A DNA stretch of 64,000 bases from the IMG/VR virus record IMGVR_UViG_3300023174_000155, positions 6,154 to 70,153 of that record; one strand, given 5' to 3'. Within the stretch, counting starts at the first letter, position 1. Each line of letters begins with the position of its first letter. Shown here piece by piece: positions 39,344 to 49,537 of this stretch. Made by a program: the position numbers and the translations under genes. The notes beneath the pieces are model-generated. The model saw only the letters and a list, made by a program, of their open reading frames with translations. It had not been told where the DNA came from and did no database searches. Source of the DNA: a virus.

Positions 39344-41218
39344 TTATGAGTTTTGTATTACCAGCCAGTCATTATCATAGTAGTCTACAGAGTTTTCTGT
39401 CAGGGTGATGGACGGAGAATTGTCATCTAGCACTGTAGAAGTTGATCCATATATGTATAGATGATAATGCTCAGATGCTTTTGATGCTGTAAATTGGTCT
39501 GGGTATATAGCTAAATTTTGAAATAAGCCAGGAACTGAACCATATAAAGAATAATCAAATTTTAATTGTCCGCTAACTGCGCTAGCAAAAACAATTACAA
39601 CATGGTGTAACTGCCCTAATTTAAAAACATTTGAAATATTTGTCTCTGCTGTCTTATTTATATCATTTACGTAAATAGCAGATATATTGGTCTTGCTTAT
39701 AGTTCCAGTATTTCTCCATGAATAATTTGAGGCAGAATATGATCCGCTAGATATTGTTGATACCAGCCCACTATCTGTCAATGCATATGGAGTATAGAAA
39801 AACTCTAATGTTTTAACTGAAGATGTAGTATTAATATAGAATCCAGAATCTTGGATAGTCCTTATTCCATTTCTAGCATTTCTTGAAAGAATAGGATATT
39901 TATTGTTTCCAATTGTAATATCATATACTGAGACTCCTGCTACCCCCTCCAATGTAGAGATATAGCTGGAGCTATTTGAGGCGTATGCAATTTGATTATT
40001 ATAAAATTTAATTTGAAGAGTAGATATCTTAGGTAAATATTTGTTGCTATCTGGTGTTGATAAAGTTATCTTTAAATAGATTTGCTTATTGCCATTAAAA
40101 CTTGCAATAGTAAACTGTGGAATTGTTTGTCCATTTTGACATGTTCGATATGTTGTACCATCTACTGAAACTTCTACTGTTATTCCACTTGTTCCGTCCC
40201 ACTCAATCTTTGAAGAATCTAAAACGGCAGCATACGGCAAAGAAATATAATCTGTTAACACAACTGTTTTAGAACCAGTTGATTTTTTAATAGATAGGGA
40301 TTGCTCTGCATCATTATAATATAAATCATCAGTAATAAAATAATCCCATGATTTGTTTCCAGGGTATGAATAAATAAACTGTGTTGAAATATTTTCGTCA
40401 TACAACTCAAATAATTCTCCATTGTCTGGATCTACAATTTGAATTGGGGCAAGCCCTACATTTTTATTATAATGATTTTGAATTTGAGATTGAGATAGGC
40501 TATATCTATATACAGCAACGCTGTTTATTAGGAAGTAATCTCCTACATCTGTTGTTGGTCCGCTTGATAATCCTAGGGCGGTGTTGCTAAATTTAAAATT
40601 AGAAATACTTGATGTATTTACTAGAACTCCATCTATATAAAGAGAAAGTAATGTGGGGCTATATATGCCTACAATATGAATAACTTTTTCTGTATGGGGT
40701 AGAGTATATTCTACATATTCAGATTGTACTTTAAAAACAATATTTTCATTATCATAGAATATGCCAATAGCCTCATTTGCATCTGCCAAAATGCTTGTTA
40801 ATCCATTTGTAGTAAATACTGGATGTATCCAAGCTTCCAATGTAAAGTCATTATCTGAAGAATATATTGTTGCAAATTGGCTGATAGTTGCAGAAGCTGT
40901 ATAATCATTTAAAAAAGAATACTGTATAGAGTTTGTATTACCTATTTTTGTTGCTCTTGAATTACCAATTGTTATTGGAGTAATTTCTGTTATTGGATCC
41001 CCCGCATATAATGCATCATTTTCACATCCAGAGCTATCATATGCAGTATCTCCATAAATACTTGCGTAAGAAGTTATAAGGGTGTCATCTAAAATAGCTT
41101 GATATGTTGCATATGAGTTTTCAAGAGCTGTATAGTTTGCAACATCAACTGTTGTTATGTCATCTAAGGGATAATATCCAATAGGGTAATCAGAAAGAAC
41201 TATAGACTTATATGACAT
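39344..41218 (-). CDS. LamG/concanavalin-like jelly-roll virion protein
   Basis: Y...VL.D.P..YY.LD, FTLEAW, HIVG.Y....LYIDG, VAVY.Y.LS...I..HY. Confidence 0.8.
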   Translation of the reverse strand: MSYKSIVLSDYPIGYYPLDDITTVDVANYTALENSYATYQAILDDTLITSYASIYGDTAYDSSGCENDALYAGDPITEITPITIGNSRATKIGNTNSIQYSFLNDYTASATISQFATIYSSDNDFTLEAWIHPVFTTNGLTSILADANEAIGIFYDNENIVFKVQSEYVEYTLPHTEKVIHIVGIYSPTLLSLYIDGVLVNTSSISNFKFSNTALGLSSGPTTDVGDYFLINSVAVYRYSLSQSQIQNHYNKNVGLAPIQIVDPDNGELFELYDENISTQFIYSYPGNKSWDYFITDDLYYNDAEQSLSIKKSTGSKTVVLTDYISLPYAAVLDSSKIEWDGTSGITVEVSVDGTTYRTCQNGQTIPQFTIASFNGNKQIYLKITLSTPDSNKYLPKISTLQIKFYNNQIAYASNSSSYISTLEGVAGVSVYDITIGNNKYPILSRNARNGIRTIQDSGFYINTTSSVKTLEFFYTPYALTDSGLVSTISSGSYSASNYSWRNTGTISKTNISAIYVNDINKTAETNISNVFKLGQLHHVVIVFASAVSGQLKFDYSLYGSVPGLFQNLAIYPDQFTASKASEHYHLYIYGSTSTVLDDNSPSITLTENSVDYYDNDWLVIQNS

Positions 41219-42417
41219 TATCCACCTACCGCAGATTTAAGATATCTAACAATTACTATACCATTACCGCCTGCACCAGAAGGATTTCCATAAAATGCTA
41301 CACCAGCTCCTCCAGAGCCTGTTCCATTTGCTCCACCATTAGAAAATCCAGCGTTGTAGGTAGTATTTCCTCCGCCCCCATAACCTCCTGAGGCATTATA
41401 AGCTATTCCTGAAGCATATCCTCCAGAACCTGATCCTCCACCAGCATACCATCCATCTACGCCAGTAGAGGTTGCTGTTGCCCAGGCAGAATATGAAGAT
41501 ATACCATTTCCTCCCCAACCAAGTAATCCTCCCGCTGGGCCGTCCTGACCTGCGTTGGAGTATCCTCCGCCTCCTCCTGATCCAATACCACCATTAATTG
41601 GAGCTGATGAATCTCTATATCCTCTTCCTCCATTTTTACCTTGAGGTGAAGTACCAGAACCACCATTACTGTAACCAGAATTGCCGCTAGCTCCTCCACC
41701 ACCTCCTGATCCACCAGACTTTCCTGCTTCGGATGGTGTTGTTGTTGGACTTCCTCCTCCACCACCGCCAGTTGTACTAACATTATTTCCTAGAGAAGAT
41801 GAACCGCCATTTTGACCTTGATCATTAGAAGAAAGCGCTCCAGTTCCAACAGTAACCACTAATGTTCCAAGAACTGAAGACTGTGATCCTGTTGCTACAC
41901 CTCCAGCGCCTCCTCCGCCACCAAATCCTGAACCACCACTACCTCCAGCTGCTATAACTAAATATTCAATATCTAGGGCAACAGATGAAACTGCAAAATT
42001 TCCGCTACTTGTAAATGTCCTATAGTAATATGTGGAATCTGAAGATAGTGTTCCGCCAGTTACTGTTGCTGTAGCAAGTGGTGTGACTGAGCTTGATGAA
42101 GAGCTTTCATTGCTTGTTCCAAATGCATTTGTGGCAGTCATTGTAAATGTATATGCCTGATTGGCTACAAATGTTCCACCAACTGTAATAGATCCATCTA
42201 AATCTGTATTAGTATATGTAAGAGATAGTGATGGTGATGATGTTATAGAGATTGTTGTTATTGGTGACCCATTAGCATTACCTAATGTGTAATTTAAAGT
42301 TATTGATGTGTTATTTATTCTAGAAACAGAAGTAATTGATGGAGCAGATGGTTTATTTGCTCCCACCTTTACTAAGCCTCTTGCAGATAAACTAGCTAGC
42401 GATTGGAATAATGGCAT
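41218..42417 (-). CDS. FN3 + glycine-rich-domain fibre protein
   Basis: YTFTMTATN FN3; EYLVIAAGG.GG...GG.GIVIVRY Gly-rich domain. Confidence 0.8.
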   Translation of the reverse strand: MPLFQSLASLSARGLVKVGANKPSAPSITSVSRINNTSITLNYTLGNANGSPITTISITSSPSLSLTYTNTDLDGSITVGGTFVANQAYTFTMTATNAFGTSNESSSSSSVTPLATATVTGGTLSSDSTYYYRTFTSSGNFAVSSVALDIEYLVIAAGGSGGSGFGGGGGAGGVATGSQSSVLGTLVVTVGTGALSSNDQGQNGGSSSLGNNVSTTGGGGGGSPTTTPSEAGKSGGSGGGGGASGNSGYSNGGSGTSPQGKNGGRGYRDSSAPINGGIGSGGGGGYSNAGQDGPAGGLLGWGGNGISSYSAWATATSTGVDGWYAGGGSGSGGYASGIAYNASGGYGGGGNTTYNAGFSNGGANGTGSGGAGVAFYGNPSGAGGNGIVIVRYLKSAVGG

Positions 42418-42431
42418 TTATCTTCCGCCCC

Positions 42432-43709
42432 CTATGCGTATTTAGTTTGTGATCCGAATACAGTATATGTTGCAGATGCTGTTTTAAGTATTGTATAAAT
42501 ATAAGAGTCTATTGATGAGGCATTGCCAACTGTTGGTGCAGTTCCATTTAACCACTTTATACTACCTTGAGTAGACCCATCAATTTGAAATGTTGATGGA
42601 TAAGATGCTGTTGAGGCTCCAGTTGTATTTAAAAATGCAACTGTAATTGATTGTCCAGTAGATAATAATGAATTAAGAGTTGTTCCTGAACTTCCTCTAA
42701 CATTTAAAGTAAATGCACTTGTTGAGCCTGTTGTATAATACCAAACACTGGAGGTGGTAACATCCATATTTATTGTAGCTGATGTTGCTGCTGCAACTAC
42801 ATTTGCTGTTTCAATTAATCCAATTACTGCTGAGTTTGTTTGTATTGTACCTTGGGTTCCCGTTGTGCCTTGAGTTCCAGTAGTACCCTGTGTTCCAGTT
42901 GAGCCTTGTGAGCCAGTCGTACCTTGTGCACCAGTCGTACCTTGTGTTCCAGTTGTGCCAGTTGTACCCTGTGTTCCAGTCGCACCTTGTGCACCAGTTG
43001 TACCAGTAGTTCCTTGTGCACCAGTAGTTCCTTGTGCTCCAGTTGTTCCGTTTGTACCCTGTGTGCCTGTTGTACCCTGTGTTCCAGTCGCACCTTGTGC
43101 ACCAGTTGTACCAGTAGTTCCTTGTGCACCAGTAGTTCCTTGTGAACCAGCTGTACCTTGTGAACCTTGAATTGGGCCAACATTTGTCCATTCTGCTCCA
43201 GTCCAAACATACAAGTTCCCAGAAATTGTATAAGCATCTCCAAGTGTTCCTGTTGGATGCGCTGCTTGTAATGCACCTAAATTTGCATACGTTCCAAGAA
43301 TACTTACTCCAGTTCCAGCAATTCCTTGTACGCCCGTTGTGCCTTGTGTACCTGTTGTACCTTGTGAACCAGTTGTACCTTGTGTACCTGTTGTACCTTG
43401 TGAACCAGTTGTACCCTGAACGCCTTGTGTACCTTGTGTTCCAGTCGTACCTTGTGTACCTTGTGCTCCAGTTGTTCCTTGAGAACCAGTAGTTCCCTGA
43501 GAACCTACTGCACCTTGTGTTCCAGTTGTACCTTGTAAACCCCGTGTTCCCTGAACGCCTTGTACACCTTGTGTTCCAGTAGTTCCTTGAGGTCCAGGGT
43601 TTGCTGTTAAATATGTGTCTACATTTTGTGCAAGTAGTTGAATGTCCGCAGGAATATCTGGCGGATCTGAATAAGCGGGAAAACTAAAACCCTTTGATGT
43701 TGAGCCCAT
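42432..43709 (-). CDS. Thr-rich collagen-like fibre protein with C-terminal adaptor domain
   Basis: two (G-x-Q-G-T-T)n blocks; C-terminal KW..G.AP..GN.S.ID.Y domain; leaderless TGGTATAAT promoter. Confidence 0.85.
   Translation of the reverse strand: MGSTSKGFSFPAYSDPPDIPADIQLLAQNVDTYLTANPGPQGTTGTQGVQGVQGTRGLQGTTGTQGAVGSQGTTGSQGTTGAQGTQGTTGTQGTQGVQGTTGSQGTTGTQGTTGSQGTTGTQGTTGVQGIAGTGVSILGTYANLGALQAAHPTGTLGDAYTISGNLYVWTGAEWTNVGPIQGSQGTAGSQGTTGAQGTTGTTGAQGATGTQGTTGTQGTNGTTGAQGTTGAQGTTGTTGAQGATGTQGTTGTTGTQGTTGAQGTTGSQGSTGTQGTTGTQGTTGTQGTIQTNSAVIGLIETANVVAAATSATINMDVTTSSVWYYTTGSTSAFTLNVRGSSGTTLNSLLSTGQSITVAFLNTTGASTASYPSTFQIDGSTQGSIKWLNGTAPTVGNASSIDSYIYTILKTASATYTVFGSQTKYA
42961..43144. repeat. 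exact 76-bp direct repeat in collagen-coding region
   Basis: 42961-43036 identical to 43069-43144. Confidence 0.85.
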
Positions 43710-43760
43710 TTTAAAATTATACCACCTTAAATGTTATGACAGTCATATTTATGCGTAAAC

Positions 43761-45056
43761 CTATTGAATATAAACCTTTTCTGAGACCCATAATTGGTAC
43801 CCCATAAAATTAATAAGCTCAATTCCAAACTCACTTTCTTCAACTACTTTTAAATATTTTTCATGATAAGGATATTTGCATAGGAACAGCTTATTGTGGC
43901 CAATTGCAAATGGGACCAGGGTAGGGAATGTTCGTAGATATTCTACTAGACCATCCATTACTCCAAGCCAGTGGGGATGAGTAATATCATCTAAAATTAC
44001 TATGCCTGTATCGCTAACATATTTTTCTGCCAACTTTAGGTCATTAAGAGTATGTGTCTTTGTGTGTCCACCATCTATAGAAAAGTATCTAATAGATCCT
44101 GGCTTTATTAAAGAGGAAATTTCTGACTGAGTTTTGCCTGAAGTTGAATCACCCTTAATTATATTAACTTTCTTACCTTTAAAATTGTCATATTTTTTTA
44201 AATTTTCTTTAAACATATCAGTAGATCCCTGACCACCATTAGAGTCACTATTAAGATGTTGATCTTCAAATATATCTATAGCGTATGAGTTTTCTTCGGT
44301 ATCAATCATATTTCTAAGAAGAAGGAAGAAACGACCCATATAAACTCCAATTTCTGCTACCCCTCCTTCTTTATTCCAATCAACATTGAGTGTTTTCATA
44401 AATTCTGGAAGTGTTCTTACAACCCATCCAGGAACTTTAGCAAAACCATCATTGAGATATTTATCGTAATCTGACTCAATGATATCTTCACCAATCCCCA
44501 TAAAATCTAAATTTGTTTTAACTGATGAAGAATACATTTTAGGCATTGCTATCTTAGAAAGTTTAGTAAACAATTCTTGGCTTTCATCTTGTCTTCCTAC
44601 CCACCAAGCACATACAGCTTTTTGAAATGTTAAACAAAAATCTCCTGGATAATCAACACCTATTGGAAGTGGTGCATGATTTCCTGATAATTTATAAAGA
44701 CCTACTTCTGCATAGGTATATGCTTGTTGCCAATTCTTATTTCGTTCACTATAACGAGAAAGTAAAAACCATGCTTCTGGTCTTCCTGGTTGATATGCAG
44801 CGGCTTTTAAGAAAAGATTTTCTACTGTAGCCTGTCTATTCTTTTGATTTTCAAAACAATTTGCTGACTTTAATAATGATGCATATACATACTCTGGATG
44901 TGAATAGTAACCATATTCTGCCGCCCTTAAATAAAATGAAATAGCGGCAGCTGTTTGTCCTACAAGTTCATACTCTGTAGCAATGCTAAAACAAAGTTTT
45001 GGGTCAAAAGGGTCCTTGCTTAGTTTTTCAACTAATTCATTTATAACCTCAAACAT
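43761..45056 (-). CDS. TPR domain + class I SAM methyltransferase (Methyltransf_24-like)
   Basis: TPR with P.R.EAWF.L; AEIGVYMGR, AIDIF, GDS, SIDGGH, ILDD. Confidence 0.85.
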   Translation of the reverse strand: MFEVINELVEKLSKDPFDPKLCFSIATEYELVGQTAAAISFYLRAAEYGYYSHPEYVYASLLKSANCFENQKNRQATVENLFLKAAAYQPGRPEAWFLLSRYSERNKNWQQAYTYAEVGLYKLSGNHAPLPIGVDYPGDFCLTFQKAVCAWWVGRQDESQELFTKLSKIAMPKMYSSSVKTNLDFMGIGEDIIESDYDKYLNDGFAKVPGWVVRTLPEFMKTLNVDWNKEGGVAEIGVYMGRFFLLLRNMIDTEENSYAIDIFEDQHLNSDSNGGQGSTDMFKENLKKYDNFKGKKVNIIKGDSTSGKTQSEISSLIKPGSIRYFSIDGGHTKTHTLNDLKLAEKYVSDTGIVILDDITHPHWLGVMDGLVEYLRTFPTLVPFAIGHNKLFLCKYPYHEKYLKVVEESEFGIELINFMGYQLWVSEKVYIQ

Positions 45057-46047
45057 TTATAGCCTCTGCAATCATATTATCTATTACATCTCCTGGTACC
45101 CTTAGAACAAAAGCTGCATTATCTACATAGCCAAATGTTACGAGAAGGTCGTCCTCTAATTGTGCGGCTCCAGCACAAAATTCTATTTGCCCATCTAGAA
45201 AGGACCAGCATTCTGTGGACATTCCCTGAAGAATAAACTTGTCATCCCATACACACAATCTATGTCGATAGGTAGCATTTTTCTGCTTCATATAATTTTT
45301 ATATAAAACAACTTCATGTGTAATAGCGATGTACTTATCTTTCCATCTAATAACCTGGGATCCACCACGCTGATCAGAATTAATGGCATTGCCTTCTTCG
45401 TGAGACACTTGCTCACATTTGGCTTCTTTAGGATCAGCTTTAACTACCTCTGTAGGTGATGTCCATTTAATATATTGAAATTCTTTATCTAAAATTGGCA
45501 TCCAGTTTTTTTCACAATAAGATGTTTCATCTATTGGTGCTGGAATTCTAATACGAGATATTTCTTCTGCCGTCCAATTTTCTTTATCAATCTTTAATTC
45601 TGATAATTCCATACGACCAACTCCGTTAGTTGTTGTATCTCTGCGAACTCCTGTTGCATAGTATTTGCCATCCCATTTAACAAGTCTTGCATCTTCTAAT
45701 CCGACAAATGTCCATATGGGGGTAACATCTAATTTAGTAGTATCAATCAATGTCCAGTTAATTATATTTAAATCTTTATCAAGTAGGCAAAGGTAGTTGG
45801 CAGTTACTAGTCTTTGATCTTCTTCTGGATGTAAATATGCTAATGGTCCCCATACGCTAGGAAATCTTTGATCATTTTCAGAGTGATATAAAGTATAGTT
45901 TATGTGTCTCAATATACATAGGATATCTCCATCATCATCTATAAAGATAGAGGGATTCATTAATCCTGTCCCGCCCGTTTCTTCGGCGGGAATAATAAGA
46001 GGAACTAATTTTCCCCCATTAGATATTGATTTTTGTACTAGATTCAT
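45049..46047 (-). CDS. five-bladed beta-propeller glycosidase/phosphorylase/mannosyltransferase-like (GH130-related)
   Basis: NPSI, R..NY, GLEDARL, EKNWMP, RGG, Y.HR, IEFCAG, FG..D; leaderless promoter TTTACA-17-TAGAAT. Confidence 0.8.
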   Translation of the reverse strand: MNLVQKSISNGGKLVPLIIPAEETGGTGLMNPSIFIDDDGDILCILRHINYTLYHSENDQRFPSVWGPLAYLHPEEDQRLVTANYLCLLDKDLNIINWTLIDTTKLDVTPIWTFVGLEDARLVKWDGKYYATGVRRDTTTNGVGRMELSELKIDKENWTAEEISRIRIPAPIDETSYCEKNWMPILDKEFQYIKWTSPTEVVKADPKEAKCEQVSHEEGNAINSDQRGGSQVIRWKDKYIAITHEVVLYKNYMKQKNATYRHRLCVWDDKFILQGMSTECWSFLDGQIEFCAGAAQLEDDLLVTFGYVDNAAFVLRVPGDVIDNMIAEAINV

Positions 46048-46089
46048 AGTACCTATTCTACTATTTAAAGCAATTATTGTAAATGCTTA

Positions 46090-46422
46090 TTAATCTGCTA
46101 TTTCCCAATTACATGTATCTTCATTAAGGGTCCAGGAAACTTCTTTTGTACTGCCCTCATTTTCTGGATCTGGAATTGTAGTGGGAGGCATAGGTGGTAT
46201 AAAAGCATCTCTTGCTGAGTCATAAGTATACCCAATGTTTGCATAGTTTTTTCTAAAATTATTATTATAGGAGGTTTGTACCCATATTCCTCCAAGATGT
46301 TCAAGGTGTTTTAATCCAAGAGATTCTTGTTCAATATTATTTTCATCAAAAAGTACCTCATTAGCAACTGATGTTACTCTTAAAACAACATTATTATCAT
46401 TAAGTTCTGCGAAATGTGCCAT
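46090..46422 (-). CDS. fibre chaperone-like protein (MAHFA type)
   Basis: MAHFAEL...W.QTSYN..FRKNYA.IG..YD...DAFI.P; TAATG-coupled to Gly-rich gene. Confidence 0.7.
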   Translation of the reverse strand: MAHFAELNDNNVVLRVTSVANEVLFDENNIEQESLGLKHLEHLGGIWVQTSYNNNFRKNYANIGYTYDSARDAFIPPMPPTTIPDPENEGSTKEVSWTLNEDTCNWEIAD

Positions 46423-48422
46423 TAGAATGTTATGCTCCCGTTTCCATTAAATGTATATGTTCTATATCCGCCGCCAGTATTTACTGTTGGAGAACCATTA
46501 GTTGATGTTGCTACTGCAAAACTAGATGGATAGCGTAAAACTACACGACCACTACCTCCGCTGCCTCCTTCACCACTGCTTCCTCCAGCGAAAGATCTAC
46601 CTGCTCCGCCTCCGCCTGATCCTGAGTTTGCAGAGGCAGAGTTTCCACTACCTTGTGTTATGCCCGTATCACCACTCTGTGAATTACCCGTTCCGCCATT
46701 ACCAGCGTTTGCGCCTCCGCTTGAGCCACCGCTTGAGCCCTGCCAGCCGCCGCCACCGCCGCCACCTGCATATGCTACTCCGTCAAAACCAGTAAAACTT
46801 CCTCCACCGTTACCGCCAGTCCCTGTATTTGCAGTACCTCCAGCATTACTTTTTCCACCTCCACCGCCAGCACCGCGACTGGCATCTGCACTTCCACCGC
46901 CATTTGAACCTTCTCCAGCTACTCCAGAACCTCCTGCTACAAAACCTGGATTATTGCTACCTCCAGCACCTCCTCCAGAGCCTCCATTTGAACCAGCTGC
47001 AGTACTTCCCGCTCCACCGCCAGTTGTATTTATATTACTAAAAGAAGAACCAGAACCAGGAGAAGTCTGTGCGCTAGCACCAGCACCTACTACTATGTTG
47101 TAAGTTGTTCCAGCAGTAATAGAAAAAGCATTTGCTGTTTTTAATCCACCAGCACCTCCACCACCACCAGCATTTGCATTTGCACCAGATCCACCACCAG
47201 CAAGAACTATGTAATCAACTGTTGTTGTTTTTGGAACTACAGGAGTTACGCTGTTAGAAGCAGATGAAGCAGCGGATGTTCCGTTAACATTTGTTGCTGT
47301 TGCTGTAAATGTATAAAATGTTCCCGCCGTTAGTCCTGAAACTGTAAGTGGAGATGATGCACCTGTTGCAGTAATATTTCCAGGAGAAGAGGTTACGGTA
47401 AATGAAGTTATTGTTTGACCTCCTGTTGCATTGGCAGTAAATGGCACAATGATTGTTGTACCTGTTCCTCCATCTGTTGCTGTTCCAATTGTTGGGGCTT
47501 GTGGAACTGTTGAAGGCGTTAATGAAGATGAAGCAGAAGTTGCAGTTGAATTTCCATTATCATTAGTTGCAATTGCAGTAAAAGTATATAATGTACCAGA
47601 TGTTAATCCAGTAACTGTTACAGGGCTAGAACCAGTGCCTGTTAAAGATCCAGGAGATGAGGTTACTGTATAGCTAGTAATTGATTTTCCACCAGTTCCA
47701 TTTGCTGTTAATGGAACCGAAGCAGAAGTTGTACCACCAAAGGGTCTACCAGTTACATTTGTTGGAGTTCCAATTGTAGGAGTTTGTGGGACTGTTGTTG
47801 CGGTTATTGAATTAGATGCTGTTGATGCAAGTGCGTTACCGTAGCCGTTTGTTGCTGTTACTGTAAATGTATAAGATGTTCCAGACTGAAGTCCCGTTAC
47901 AGTAACTGGAGAAGATGAGCCTGATGCAGAATATCCTCCAGATGTTGAAGCTACTGTATATGTAGATGCTAATCCTCCACCAGCATTCGGTGTAAATGTA
48001 ACAATTGCTGATCCATTATTATATGCTCTAGACGTTCCAACATCTGTTGCAGTTCCTATTGTTGCTGTGAGAGGAATAACTCCTAGCTGTGACCAGCCAG
48101 CTGCAGTATAAACTTCAATATAGCCAGTTTGGGTGTTTGAATATATATCACCTAATGCAGGAGAACCTGGACGAGATGCAGTATTACCTACCGAATATGT
48201 TCCAGGTAGCCCTGCTAATGTTGCGGGGGCATAAGTAGTACCAGCAGATGAATATAATATTTGTCCTGATGTAGGAGAGGTTGTTGTTCCTGTTCCGCCA
48301 TATTGTGTAGCAATTGAAGAAGTTGAATCTACATTTCCAGAAGCGTCGGAAACAAGGGGGCCAGCAGAAGTAATACCTGCTACCTGCAGCTTATTTTTAA
48401 CCTTAAAATCTTTGTTTGCCAA
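46422..48422 (-). CDS. fibre protein: DFKVK N-terminus, three FN3 domains, Gly-rich domain
   Basis: MANKDFKVKNKL; three GL..GT.YTFT..ATN repeats; YIVLAGGG...GGSG.VVLRY. Confidence 0.85.
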   Translation of the reverse strand: MANKDFKVKNKLQVAGITSAGPLVSDASGNVDSTSSIATQYGGTGTTTSPTSGQILYSSAGTTYAPATLAGLPGTYSVGNTASRPGSPALGDIYSNTQTGYIEVYTAAGWSQLGVIPLTATIGTATDVGTSRAYNNGSAIVTFTPNAGGGLASTYTVASTSGGYSASGSSSPVTVTGLQSGTSYTFTVTATNGYGNALASTASNSITATTVPQTPTIGTPTNVTGRPFGGTTSASVPLTANGTGGKSITSYTVTSSPGSLTGTGSSPVTVTGLTSGTLYTFTAIATNDNGNSTATSASSSLTPSTVPQAPTIGTATDGGTGTTIIVPFTANATGGQTITSFTVTSSPGNITATGASSPLTVSGLTAGTFYTFTATATNVNGTSAASSASNSVTPVVPKTTTVDYIVLAGGGSGANANAGGGGGAGGLKTANAFSITAGTTYNIVVGAGASAQTSPGSGSSFSNINTTGGGAGSTAAGSNGGSGGGAGGSNNPGFVAGGSGVAGEGSNGGGSADASRGAGGGGGKSNAGGTANTGTGGNGGGSFTGFDGVAYAGGGGGGGWQGSSGGSSGGANAGNGGTGNSQSGDTGITQGSGNSASANSGSGGGGAGRSFAGGSSGEGGSGGSGRVVLRYPSSFAVATSTNGSPTVNTGGGYRTYTFNGNGSITF

Positions 48423-48482
48423 TTTGGTTCACTATCCCCTTATTGATATAGGATAATTATAGCATAATGGGATTATTAGGCT

Positions 48483-48782
48483 TTAAAATGCTGTATCTGG
48501 CTCTTTTTTAGATGTTATTATAACAGCCTTTGTTCCGTCCCAACGTACACGCCCCTTGCATCCAACATTAAACTTTTTAACTTCTCCTTCATAGGAAATT
48601 TGATCATGAATATATCCATGAATTTCAAATCCGCTTGCAAGTAGCTCCACACCATTTATATAAACTCTCCAGACCAGAGGACTGTCTTTTTCTGCCTTAG
48701 TATTAAAACGTACAATGATATCATCATATGGACGAAGCCACCTGTCTTTTGCAATTTTTAAAACATAACTTAATTTACTCAT
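48483..48782 (-). CDS. hypothetical protein
   Basis: 99 aa; VRFNTK....LVWRV; overlaps kinase stop. Confidence 0.6.
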   Translation of the reverse strand: MSKLSYVLKIAKDRWLRPYDDIIVRFNTKAEKDSPLVWRVYINGVELLASGFEIHGYIHDQISYEGEVKKFNVGCKGRVRWDGTKAVIITSKKEPDTAF

Positions 48783-49537
48783 ATACCAATTTCCTTGCGT
48801 TTTTGCGTGGCAGAAATAGCATGAATGTCTGCCCCCAAATCTACTTGTTCAATCTTATATCCTACGTCTCTTCCATATACAATATTTGTAATATTAGGCA
48901 GTCTTAGTACTAATGCACCATCCATAAAGTCATCCTTAGCAATATACTCTTTTACCTGATCAAATGTTAACGGGTCTTTAGGACTTGTGTTATATGTATT
49001 ACGTACTCCAAGAAGAACTTGTTCTGTTCTGTTTCCCGCCTCTTTATATAATGCGTGATGGCCTTCATGCCATGGCTGATATCTTCCAAGCATTAGTGTT
49101 GTTGGAGCGGACCAATCATGAAGATTAAACTTTTTAATTATATATGAAGCTTTACCTTCGGCATCTAAGTTATGACTAATAAAAGATGCATCAAATTCTG
49201 TAGGACGCTCAAACATTTTATTTGTATCTTCAAAGCGTCCCTCTGCTAATGTATCCATAAATATCAAAATGTTTGGTTTGCCAAATGCTGCACGAGTTAG
49301 GCTTGTTGGGCAAATAAAATCTACAATTACTGTATGCCCTTGCCCATCTAGCATACGTGCAATTTCACCCAATCTACGTGCATGCTCAATTCTATCTTCA
49401 ATTGTAAATCCAAGATCTGAATTAATTGTTGAACGAACATAGTCTGCATTTAAATGAATAGCATTAATACGTTCTTTAAGGGCGGTAGCAAGGGTCGTCT
49501 TACCACTTCCTGGAAGTCCCATAATCTGTATAATCAT
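48779..49537 (-). CDS. cysC: adenylylsulfate (APS) kinase fused to HIGH-type nucleotidyltransferase
   Basis: GLPGSGKTT, NAD.VR.....DLGF..EDR, DFICP, FE.P; then LGRYQPWHEGH, DP.....V, GR.VGY, ISAT..R. Confidence 0.85.
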   Translation of the reverse strand: MIIQIMGLPGSGKTTLATALKERINAIHLNADYVRSTINSDLGFTIEDRIEHARRLGEIARMLDGQGHTVIVDFICPTSLTRAAFGKPNILIFMDTLAEGRFEDTNKMFERPTEFDASFISHNLDAEGKASYIIKKFNLHDWSAPTTLMLGRYQPWHEGHHALYKEAGNRTEQVLLGVRNTYNTSPKDPLTFDQVKEYIAKDDFMDGALVLRLPNITNIVYGRDVGYKIEQVDLGADIHAISATQKRKEIGI

